Shown here: positions 9,959 through 18,478 of the stretch, piece after piece | How the letters are laid out: each line of letters starts with the position of its first letter | How positions within the stretch are numbered: the stretch's first letter is position 1 | DNA from: Polyangiaceae bacterium | GTDB lineage: Bacteria; Myxococcota_A; Polyangia; Polyangiales; Polyangiaceae | Reading direction: 5' to 3' | Length of the DNA stretch: 64,000 nt | Assembly (NCBI GenBank): GCA_965222375.1 | Contig: CBDCTZ010000015.1 | Coordinates: forward strand, 1,248,001 to 1,312,000 | Notes under the pieces: model-generated | What the model saw: only the letters and a program-made list of their open reading frames with translations | The model's database searches: none | Told to the model about the DNA's origin: nothing | Program-made: the position numbers and the translations under genes

Positions 9959-11506
9959 TCAGGCCACGTTGGGTTTCCAGGTGGTGCCGTCCGGGCCGTC
10001 CATGATGGCGATCCCCATGGCAGTCAGCTCGTCCCGAATGCGATCCGCCGCCGCCCAGTCCTTGGCTGTGCGTGCGGCCAGGCGCTGCTCGATGAGAGAC
10101 TCGATTTTGCCGACGTCGAAACCTGCGGCTTCGGTGCCCGCGGTTTGAGTCAGTTCCAGCACCCCCAGGACCGAGGTCATCTGTTCGAAGGCCGCCAGCT
10201 CGTCCGCCAGTGTGCCGTCACCGTCTCCGGGCGGCTCGGCTTGGATGTCGTAGTGACCGGCTGCATCGTTGAGGGCGGCGATGGCGCCGGAAACGTTGAG
10301 ATCGCTGCACAGGGCCTCTTTGAAGACAGCCAACCCGACAGCGAAGGGTCCCTGCTTGGGCGCAGCCACTTTCTGATGCGTCGTCAGCCACTTCTGCATG
10401 CGGCTCCAACGGTCGATCTGACGTTGGCAGTCCTTGACGCCTTGGAAGGTGAAGTTGGCGTGGCTGCGGTAGTGAGTCTTGATCAACTCGAGGCGCAGAG
10501 CTGCGGGCGATGCGCCCTTCTTCTGCATGTCTTCGAGGGTGAAGAAGTTGCCTTTGCTCTTGGACATCTTCTCGCCCTCGACGCGCAAGAAGCGAGTGTG
10601 AAACCAGTATCGTGCGAAGGCGTCCGCACCCGTAGCAGCTCGAGACTGGGCGATCTCGCACTCGTGGTGCGGAAAGATGTTGTCTTCACCACCAGAGTGG
10701 AGATCGATTTCGCCCCCCGTATCTCCCGCAAGTAAGTCCTGCGCCATCACGGAACACTCGATGTGCCAGCCGGGGTAGCCCTCGCCCCAGGGGCTGGGCC
10801 AACGCATCAAGTGGGTCGTGTCCGGCTTCCACAGCATGAAGTCAGCCGGATGGCGCTTGAGCTCTTGGGTCGCGTCGTCCACGCGACCGCCCTCGCCAGA
10901 GCGAATTGCGTTCGGCGTGTTCCCGGAAAGCTGTCCGTAGTCAGGAAACGACTGAATGTCGAAGTAGACGACGCCGTCGTCGGCAACGTAGGCGTGTCCC
11001 TTCTTCATCAACGTCTCGATCATGCTGATCATCGCCTGCACGTACTGAGTGGGCCGCGGCATGAGCTCCGGACGCTGCTTGGCGTCACGGATGATTTCCA
11101 GCCCCAAGGCGTCAGCGTCTCGAATGAACGCATCTGCGTAGAAGTTCGCAACAGCCAACGGGTCGTTGGCGTCGATGTTCGCGCCGGCGGGGAGCGTGCC
11201 CGCTTTCTTCGCCTCGGTGAGGCGACGCGCGGCGACCTCCATTTTGTCTTCACCGCCGCCGTCGGCCAGATCGTCCTCGGTCATATGGCCTACGTCGGTC
11301 ATGTTCATGACCTGCTCGACCTCGTAACCGCATAGCTCCAACGTTCTGCGCAGCACGTCGGCGTTGAGGAACGAGCGGAAGTTGCCGATGTGCGCGTAGT
11401 CGTAGACCGTCGGGCCACAAGAGTAGAAGCGAACGCGCTTGCCAGCCGGATCGATGGGTTTGAAGTCTTCGTCGCGGTTGGTCAGGCTGTTGTAGAGGCG
11501 AAGCAT
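9959..11506 (-). CDS. cysS: Cysteine--tRNA ligase
   Basis: CGPTVYDYAHIGN, PGWHIECS, FPHHECE, KMSKS, anticodon-binding ADRIRDEL. Confidence 0.97.
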   Translation of the reverse strand: MLRLYNSLTNRDEDFKPIDPAGKRVRFYSCGPTVYDYAHIGNFRSFLNADVLRRTLELCGYEVEQVMNMTDVGHMTEDDLADGGGEDKMEVAARRLTEAKKAGTLPAGANIDANDPLAVANFYADAFIRDADALGLEIIRDAKQRPELMPRPTQYVQAMISMIETLMKKGHAYVADDGVVYFDIQSFPDYGQLSGNTPNAIRSGEGGRVDDATQELKRHPADFMLWKPDTTHLMRWPSPWGEGYPGWHIECSVMAQDLLAGDTGGEIDLHSGGEDNIFPHHECEIAQSRAATGADAFARYWFHTRFLRVEGEKMSKSKGNFFTLEDMQKKGASPAALRLELIKTHYRSHANFTFQGVKDCQRQIDRWSRMQKWLTTHQKVAAPKQGPFAVGLAVFKEALCSDLNVSGAIAALNDAAGHYDIQAEPPGDGDGTLADELAAFEQMTSVLGVLELTQTAGTEAAGFDVGKIESLIEQRLAARTAKDWAAADRIRDELTAMGIAIMDGPDGTTWKPNVA

Positions 11507-11596
11507 GACTCCCCAATATCACTCTGAGCGGGGAGTTTCGAGCTGGGCGGCCGCGGGCGCCCCGGGCCAGGGCAGCTCCGGCGTCACTCAGGGCAG

Positions 11597-11663
11597 CAGG
11601 GCAGCTCTGTTGCAGACCAAACCCTCCCCTGGCTTTTGTTTGGATGGCAACAGAGCTGACCTG
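11597..11663. repeat. Long imperfect inverted repeat upstream of cysS
   Basis: CAGGGCAGCTCTGTTGC pairs with GCAACAGAGCTGACCTG (16/17), plus inner CCAAAC/GTTTGG. Confidence 0.8.
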
Positions 11664-11750
11664 GGTCCAGAGGCTGCTGCCGTGGACCTCTCGCCTGATT
11701 GGACACGCCGCGCGGGGCTGGGCATGAAGGACGCGGCGCTTCGACCAGGA

Positions 11751-13343
11751 TCAAGGCTTGGGCGCAAGGCGGAGTGGGGCAGCTGATCGACGCGACCTCG
11801 ACGGTTGCAGCAACATCGATCTTTCGTTGGCGTCCTGGGGCTCGCCCCATAGTTCCCGCAGGGTTGGCCCGCTGTCGTCGCGGCGATCTCGAAGCAGAAA
11901 GTTTTTGATTTCGTAGGACCAAACCCTGCGACCCATTTCGGCGTACCACCGCATTGCATCGCGCAGGCGCCGATCCGGCTGCAGAAATGTGCGCCAGAGC
12001 GCCCGGGGGCGAAGCTGCACAGCGGCCTCGACGAGCTTGACCCAAAGCAACACGCGCCACGGCGGAATGTGGCGTGTCTCTAGAACCTGGTGCTTGTAGT
12101 CCCAGCGTCGTTGGTCGGTCTGAACGACGCGCCGCTCAGCCGCGATGCGATAGTACGGCGTCCAGCGATGAGGTGTGACAAACAGCGCTTGGATCTGATC
12201 TGGATCGTAGGTGATGAGCTGCTTGAGTCCGCGGAGGAAGTCGGCGTCGGTTTCCTCTTCGAAGCCGACGGCCCAGGTGGCCATTGAGAGGATCTCGTGT
12301 TTGCGCAGCAGCCGCACAGCTTCGCGGTCTGTCGCGGTGGTTCCCCCCTTCCGTATGAGTTGAAGGGTGCCTTCGTCGGTATTCTCCATGCCCAGCAGGA
12401 AGCGGGTCCACCCGGCTTTTCGGTATAGGTGCAAGATGTCAGCGTCGCGAACGATGTCGTCGGCGCGCGTTGAACCCACGAGCGTCATGTTTACATCCTC
12501 GGCGATCAGCGCCTCGAGGAATCTGCGCCAGACAGACCGATTCACCGTGGGGTTCTCATCGGCGAAGTTCACGACTTCGACTCCATGCTCGCGCTGAAGC
12601 CAGGCGAGTTCTGAGGCGAGTTTCTCAGGATCCCGGTGTCGCCAACGGGACCAGAAGCCTCGTTGGCCGCAGTAGTTGCATTGATGAGGGCAGCCTCGCG
12701 ACAGCTGAGCCACCACCGCACGCTTGCCTCCCCAATAGCTGTAGTCCTCGAAGTCGATCAGCTCCCAGCCAACCCGATACGCGTCCAGGTCGTAGATCAC
12801 GCTCGCATCCGGGGTCGTGCGGACTTCGTCGTCGTTTCGATAGGCCAAGCCGCGCACTGTCGCGATGTCGCGCCCTTCTTGCAGAGCCTGGATCAGGCTG
12901 AGACAGGTCTGCTCGCCTTCGCCTCGGACGATGACATCGATCTGCGGCTCTCGAGCAAGAACTTCTCGGTAGTGGTACGTCGGGAAGACACCCCCGTAGA
13001 CGATGGTCACGGCGGGCAGCGCGCGGCGTACGGCTCGGCTCAGCTCGGCGACGATTGGGTGGGCGGCGGTGGAACCGGAATGACCGAATAGGACGGCGTC
13101 GGGCTCGAGGCTCGCAGCCGCCTCGACTATCTTCGCCACAGAGGTCGCGCCGTACTCGCCGTCCTTCCAGACGTGACGAAGCCGTTCCCGACGCGCCTCG
13201 CGATCAGCATCGAGCAGGTGGACCTGGTGGCCTGCATCCAAGAGCGGGCCGCCGATGGCGAGCAAGCCAAGTGGCGGTAGATGATCGTCGGGGATGCGAC
13301 TTCCGATGGAGGGGTGGGGCACGTTTATCAGGACGATTCGCAT
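11751..13343 (-). CDS. B12-binding radical SAM protein (BchE-like family, not canonical BchE)
   Basis: PPLGLL, GGVFPT, VRGEGE B12 domain; SRGCPHQCNYC (CxxxCxxC); FADENP. Confidence 0.85.
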   Translation of the reverse strand: MRIVLINVPHPSIGSRIPDDHLPPLGLLAIGGPLLDAGHQVHLLDADREARRERLRHVWKDGEYGATSVAKIVEAAASLEPDAVLFGHSGSTAAHPIVAELSRAVRRALPAVTIVYGGVFPTYHYREVLAREPQIDVIVRGEGEQTCLSLIQALQEGRDIATVRGLAYRNDDEVRTTPDASVIYDLDAYRVGWELIDFEDYSYWGGKRAVVAQLSRGCPHQCNYCGQRGFWSRWRHRDPEKLASELAWLQREHGVEVVNFADENPTVNRSVWRRFLEALIAEDVNMTLVGSTRADDIVRDADILHLYRKAGWTRFLLGMENTDEGTLQLIRKGGTTATDREAVRLLRKHEILSMATWAVGFEEETDADFLRGLKQLITYDPDQIQALFVTPHRWTPYYRIAAERRVVQTDQRRWDYKHQVLETRHIPPWRVLLWVKLVEAAVQLRPRALWRTFLQPDRRLRDAMRWYAEMGRRVWSYEIKNFLLRDRRDDSGPTLRELWGEPQDANERSMLLQPSRSRRSAAPLRLAPKP

Positions 13344-13436
13344 ACCCCAGCGCAGCACAGTCGCGTGCAACGCACGTGCGCGTGGGCGACAGGGAGCGTG
13401 GAGATCCTGTGGAGTTGTCGGGTCAGCTCCGCTGCT

Positions 13437-15152
13437 TCACTGCTGGGCTTCGAATTCGCGGTAGCGGCGCTCGAGCTCCCACTGAAGGGTGGCTTTATCG
13501 CTGGCGTCGAGGAAGGTCTGGCAGGCAGTGGGCGGTAGGGGGTCGCCGTAGTAGCTGGTCGACGTCGGTGCGCATTCAGGCACCGGTTGGAGAGAGTCGA
13601 GGGAGACCCACAGGCTTGGTCCGGAAAGGAACGACTTGTCGAGGCTCGTTCGCGCCATCTTCTTGAGCGTCTTGTAGTCGAGCTTCTGATCTTGAACCGC
13701 GAAGAAGTACTCGCCAGCCATGCTCGAGCGCGACACGCCTTGGTCGTCGGTCGCCAGCGCCACAGGAACGCCAGCCTGCAAGTAGCTGGCGAGGGGATGC
13801 GCAGCGCCGCTGATTTCCAGGATCTGTATGTTGCTGCTCAATCCGATTTCGATCATCACGCCCTTCTGCTTCAACTCCGTCAGCAGGCCTTGAGGGTCGG
13901 ACTCCCCGAGTACGTCGATGCCGTGACCGATGCGGGAGGCTTTCGCGATCTGCACGGCCTTGCGAATGTGGTCAATGTTAGCAATGTTAACATTGGGCGG
14001 TAGGTACTTGGGCGTGATCTCGCCGGCGTGCAGCGTGATGCGAAGTGGGCTCTTGCCCGCATAAGCCCCGTGCAAGTAGCCGAGCATCTCCATATGACGA
14101 TCGTAAGCGCTGAGCGCCTTGGAGCCGTCTTCGGGCCCCACCAGGTTCACGGCGACGAGGCGAGGCTCCACCATGGCGGCTTCGAAGGCCGCAACCATCT
14201 GGCCGAAGACTCGGGGCCCGCTTCCGCTGCGCGAGATGTAGGCCATGTAACGGGCAGTGACGCGGCAAGCCCGCGCCGGGTTGGCGCCGTCGCAGCCGAG
14301 CTGCTGCCTGGCGCCGGACTCGGTGTTCTGAATGTCGCTGACGACGTTTTGCACCGCAGCGTTGAGGCCGCTCGATGCAAGCAGATCGGCGTGGAATTGC
14401 GGCAATGCGGCTGTGGTTACCGTGCCACCGGTCCACACCGCGCTTCCCCAGCTGGCCGCTGTCGAATTCGAATGGAGCATGGGCTCGACGTAGATCAGGT
14501 TCTCGTCGTCAGCGCGGAACATCACGTCGGCGAGCCCTCGCGAGTGATACGGCTTGCCGGAGATGGCCGCGAACTTGCCGAAGGTCGAAAAGAAGTGGTC
14601 GTGACCGGTCTCCACGCCCGGCACGAAGTCCTGCATCGACCAGGCCCGAACCACATCCATGAAGAAAGCGTCTACGGGCGTCGGTACAGGTGACGACGTC
14701 GACGTGTTGCTGCAGGACTTGGACAGCGCCAAGGAGCTGTTCTTGATGCAGAAGCCACCCAAGTCCCGGGCCCACTGCATGTAGCTCTCGGCATACACCG
14801 AGCCCGACAGGTGCATGTGCAAGTCCCCACCCTTGGGCACTGCGATCATGTAGTCGAGCAGTGCCTTGGGGTCGCCGAGCATGCCGTCCATCTTGTCGGA
14901 TGCCCGCTGCTCATCGGCTAGGGCACAATCGGCGACGCTGCCGGCATCACAACCCGGCGCAGGTGCATCCGCGGGTGCGTCGCTCGGCGCGTCCGCGGCC
15001 GGGGAATCCGCGCCGGCATCCGTGGGGCCCGCGTCGGATGCGTCCGCCACACCCGCATCAAAGCTTGGTTGCCCCGGCGAATCGTCGCTGCCTCCGCAGC
15101 CGGCGACCAGTGACAGGAGGACCAGTCCGACAAGTGTGGCGCGAGAAGTCAT
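13437..15152 (-). CDS. Adenosine deaminase family lipoprotein
   Basis: Lipobox VAGC; PKGGDLHMHLSG, LHAGE, RIGHG, LATDD. Confidence 0.88.
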   Translation of the reverse strand: MTSRATLVGLVLLSLVAGCGGSDDSPGQPSFDAGVADASDAGPTDAGADSPAADAPSDAPADAPAPGCDAGSVADCALADEQRASDKMDGMLGDPKALLDYMIAVPKGGDLHMHLSGSVYAESYMQWARDLGGFCIKNSSLALSKSCSNTSTSSPVPTPVDAFFMDVVRAWSMQDFVPGVETGHDHFFSTFGKFAAISGKPYHSRGLADVMFRADDENLIYVEPMLHSNSTAASWGSAVWTGGTVTTAALPQFHADLLASSGLNAAVQNVVSDIQNTESGARQQLGCDGANPARACRVTARYMAYISRSGSGPRVFGQMVAAFEAAMVEPRLVAVNLVGPEDGSKALSAYDRHMEMLGYLHGAYAGKSPLRITLHAGEITPKYLPPNVNIANIDHIRKAVQIAKASRIGHGIDVLGESDPQGLLTELKQKGVMIEIGLSSNIQILEISGAAHPLASYLQAGVPVALATDDQGVSRSSMAGEYFFAVQDQKLDYKTLKKMARTSLDKSFLSGPSLWVSLDSLQPVPECAPTSTSYYGDPLPPTACQTFLDASDKATLQWELERRYREFEAQQ

Positions 15153-15354
15153 GTGCAAGCGTTCGTTCACGAGGTCGTCAGCATAACCCACTAGCTCGAG
15201 GGTCGCCGACGCCGGAAGCTGTGGACCCAAATACTTCGCTCGGGCTAGCATCGAGCGAAATGGCTTCGAAGGGGCGAGGTACCGTCCACCTGGTTTTCGG
15301 CACCGTGCTGCTCATTGGCGGGCTCATCGCGCGACAAAAAGGCTCTGGTTGAAG

Positions 15355-16149
15355 ATGGAGGTGTTGCCCTATCTCGTAGCCACGCGCGGGTTGCAGCAGC
15401 GCTTGGATCTATCGCCGCTGGGGCACGACTTCGAACCGGACCACGTGTTCGATCCGATGCTACGGGCCAGCGCTCCCTTTCTCGACTTGCTCGAACGCCT
15501 TGACGCCGCGACCTTCGGGCGGCGTGGCATGCCGATGCCGCGCTGGGCGTTCTACGACTGCGCTGAACTGCCGGGCGCTGTGCTGGGGCTGTCGGCACGG
15601 GCCGGAGATCTCCCCCCGGCGCTGCGCGGAGACTTCGGAGATGTCGACGCTAGCCGGCTGGTGCCGGTCTCCATGTACATGGCGATCCCGACCCTGATGC
15701 AGCACGAGTGGTTGGGCTACTCGCTATGCGCCTTCGATCTCGCGAGCGACGGATTTCACGGAGCGGCGTTGGATGTGGCCACCTTGGCACTTTCCGTCAC
15801 CGCGCTGCGCGCGAGGCAGGTGACGGGCACGGTGCAGTGGAACTCGCCCCACCTGCCGGCGACTGCGCGGTTTGCTCCGTTGCTGGTGCGAGCTGCGTAC
15901 CTTCCAGCGCACACCCGCGCTACGACCTGCGTGTTTCGCTTTGATGTCGATGCCTCGCGGGTCGAGGCTGGGCTCTCCGGCGCGCACGACATGATCGAAG
16001 ACGTCGAGTGGATGCCCGGCGACGATCCCAGCGCGCATCAGGCTGCGCAAATGCGAATTGAGGCTGGGGAGCGCGCGTTCATCGTCGGTCGCCCCGAATC
16101 GCGCAATGGGTCGCGGCACATCCCCCTGCGCTGGGAGGCGGCCAAGTGA
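15355..16149 (+). CDS. Hypothetical protein (paralog A, possible GNAT-like fold)
   Basis: Shares TFGxxGMPMPRW, AELPG, VPxSxYxAIPT, QW and PAH motifs with the downstream ORF. Confidence 0.75.
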   Translation: MEVLPYLVATRGLQQRLDLSPLGHDFEPDHVFDPMLRASAPFLDLLERLDAATFGRRGMPMPRWAFYDCAELPGAVLGLSARAGDLPPALRGDFGDVDASRLVPVSMYMAIPTLMQHEWLGYSLCAFDLASDGFHGAALDVATLALSVTALRARQVTGTVQWNSPHLPATARFAPLLVRAAYLPAHTRATTCVFRFDVDASRVEAGLSGAHDMIEDVEWMPGDDPSAHQAAQMRIEAGERAFIVGRPESRNGSRHIPLRWEAAK

Positions 16150-16997
16150 GCATCGCACCGCGCAATCCACGCTTGCTCGAGCGACTGCGCCCTTTCGTGG
16201 TCGCGACGCCGGGCAACGCCAGGCATCTGGACCTCTCGCCCATCGGCATGGACATCGCACCGGACCATGTGGTCGACCCGTTGCGGACCAACTCAGCGCC
16301 GTTCTTGGAGCTGGTGCGCAATCTCGATGCCCTCACCTTCGGCCCCGAGGGCATGCCGATGCCGCGCTGGGTATTCGTGGACGGAGCCGAGCTACCCGGC
16401 GGGATCTTCGGCTTCGGTTGCCCGATGGAGACGCTGAGTTCGGGCGCCCGGGAGCTTCTGAAACCCGCGGCTGACTATGCGGGACTCGTTCCGCTCTCCA
16501 TCTACATCGCGATTCCGACCCACGAGCCCGGCACGTGGTTGGGCCACAACCTCGCGAGCCTGGCGCCTCAGCTTCGCGACGATGACTTACGCGGACTGGG
16601 TGGGCTCACCAAAGCGACTGGGCTGGCCGTGTATCGTGCCTCGCGCCAAGTGGGCGTCACCCAGTGGGCAAGCCGCGCGCTCTACATCCATACGCGTATG
16701 GGCGCCATGGAACTACTGACGGCATGGACACCCGCGCATAGCGAGGCCTGGTCCCTGACCTATCGCGTGAAGCTCGATACTCGCGTGCTCTACCACCTGG
16801 CGCGGGATCCCAGGGGCGAGGTGCCCCGGCTCGAGGCCGAAGACTACATCGACAGCGAGGACCACGCGGCCATGCAGGCGCTGCAAGATCGCATCGAAGC
16901 CGGAGAGCGCTGGTGCATTCCGGGTCCGCCACAGCCCGTCGAAGAGGGGCGGCAGCGGGTGCCTATTGCTCGCTTTGAGCCGGATCCAAAAGACTGA
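16146..16997 (+). CDS. Hypothetical protein (paralog B, possible GNAT-like fold)
   Basis: GTGA-coupled to paralog A; LRGLGGLTK resembles GNAT motif A. Confidence 0.8.
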   Translation: MSIAPRNPRLLERLRPFVVATPGNARHLDLSPIGMDIAPDHVVDPLRTNSAPFLELVRNLDALTFGPEGMPMPRWVFVDGAELPGGIFGFGCPMETLSSGARELLKPAADYAGLVPLSIYIAIPTHEPGTWLGHNLASLAPQLRDDDLRGLGGLTKATGLAVYRASRQVGVTQWASRALYIHTRMGAMELLTAWTPAHSEAWSLTYRVKLDTRVLYHLARDPRGEVPRLEAEDYIDSEDHAAMQALQDRIEAGERWCIPGPPQPVEEGRQRVPIARFEPDPKD

Positions 16998-17014
16998 CGC
17001 TCGCCCGCAGCTGG

Positions 17015-18367
17015 TCAGGCTTTGACGTGCTTGGACACGAAGTCGCCTAAGATGCCTTCGAGGTTCGGCTTTCCGATCTCTTCGAGGTCGTAGAACACGC
17101 GGGTGTGGGGCTTTTCGATCTTGATGATGCGGGCCAGGTCGATGGGGGTGCCGATCACGACCGCTTCGCAGTCCGTCGCGTTGATGGTCGCTTCGAGATC
17201 TCGCAGCTGTTCTTCGCCATAACCCATGGCCGGCAAAATGGTGCCGATGTCCGGGTAGATCTCGAAGGTCTCCTTGAGTTTGCCCACCAGGAAGGGTCTC
17301 GGGTCCACCAGGGTCGCACCGAGGTCCTTCGCGGCCACGACGCCCGCGCCGATCTTCATGCCGCCGTGGGTGAGGGTGGGACCGTCCTCGATGACCAGCA
17401 CGTTCTTGCCTTTGACCACGCTGGGGTCGGCGATGCGCACGGGCGAGTTGGCCTCGATCACGGTCGCATCGGGGCTCATCGCGGCAACGTTGGCTTTCAC
17501 CGTTTTGACGCCGGCGGGCTCGGCTGAGTCCATCTTGTTGATCACGACGACATCGGCGAGGCGGACGTTGATCTCACCCGGGTAGTAGCCCAGTTCGTGT
17601 CCGGGCCGATGCGGATCGGCCACCGTGATGTACAGGTCCGTCTTGTAGAACGTGAAATCGTTGTTGCCGCCGTCCCAGACGATCACATCGCAGCCATCCG
17701 GGTCCTTTTCGGCCGCGCGGAGGATCGCTTCGTAGTCGGCACCGGCATAGATGACGTTGCCGCGCACGATATGCGGCTCGTACTCTTCCATTTCTTCAAT
17801 CGTGCAATCGTGCTTCTTCAGATCTTCCAGCTTGGCGAAGCGCTGCACTCGCTGTGCGGCCAGGTCGCCATAGGGCATTGGGTGACGAATGGCCACCGGC
17901 TTGAGGCCTTGCTTCATCAAGAGCTCGATCGCACGACGCGTCGTTTGGCTCTTGCCTGCACCGGTGCGCACGGCGCAGACCGAAATCACGGGCTTGGTGC
18001 TAGAGACCAGGGTGTCCTTCAGGCCTAGAAGCGTAAACGACGCCCCCGCGGCAGTGACGATGGCGTTGACGTGCATGACGTGCTCGTAGGGCACGTCGCT
18101 GTACGAAAACGCGCACTCGTCGACGTCGAGCTCTTTGATCAGCCGCGGCAGCTCCGACTCGGAGTGGATCGGGATCCCCTCGGGATAGAGACGCCCAGCA
18201 AGTTCCGGCGGATAGCGACGATCGTCGATCCCCGGGATCTGCTCGGCGGTGAACGCGACGACCTTGACCGCCTCGTCCTCGCGGTAGCGCGTGTTGAAGT
18301 TGTGGAAGTCGCGACCCGCGGCTCCAATAATGATGACCCTGCGTTGCGTCACAGCATTGCTCCTCAT
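17015..18367 (-). CDS. arcE: P-loop enzyme of the COG2403 family (annotated cyclic 2,3-diphosphoglycerate synthase-like; probable arginine synthetase ArcE)
   Basis: GAAGRDFHNFN, AVRTGAGKSQT, RHPMPYGDL, TIEEMEEYEPH, WDGGNND, EDGPTLTHGGM. Family call is strong; the specific activity is inferred. Confidence 0.65.
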   Translation of the reverse strand: MRSNAVTQRRVIIIGAAGRDFHNFNTRYREDEAVKVVAFTAEQIPGIDDRRYPPELAGRLYPEGIPIHSESELPRLIKELDVDECAFSYSDVPYEHVMHVNAIVTAAGASFTLLGLKDTLVSSTKPVISVCAVRTGAGKSQTTRRAIELLMKQGLKPVAIRHPMPYGDLAAQRVQRFAKLEDLKKHDCTIEEMEEYEPHIVRGNVIYAGADYEAILRAAEKDPDGCDVIVWDGGNNDFTFYKTDLYITVADPHRPGHELGYYPGEINVRLADVVVINKMDSAEPAGVKTVKANVAAMSPDATVIEANSPVRIADPSVVKGKNVLVIEDGPTLTHGGMKIGAGVVAAKDLGATLVDPRPFLVGKLKETFEIYPDIGTILPAMGYGEEQLRDLEATINATDCEAVVIGTPIDLARIIKIEKPHTRVFYDLEEIGKPNLEGILGDFVSKHVKA

Positions 18368-18478
18368 CAACCGGATGTCGTCCGGGGGAGCGAAACGCAT
18401 ACTAGAGCAGCTCGCGAGAGGCTAGAGCCGAAGACAGTTGACCCACGGCACGGGTCCCCTGAGCATGCCGCCGCCTCG

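Noticed and set aside
11507..11750. T-box riboswitch before cysS
   Set aside because: No T-box consensus (GGTGGNACC) or U-tailed terminator found on the minus strand.
11751..13343. bchE as evidence of phototrophy
   Set aside because: No other bch/puf genes, and the N-terminus does not match canonical BchE.
18071..18478. N-terminal extension of the OPT transporter
   Set aside because: Overlaps the divergent ArcE-like gene.
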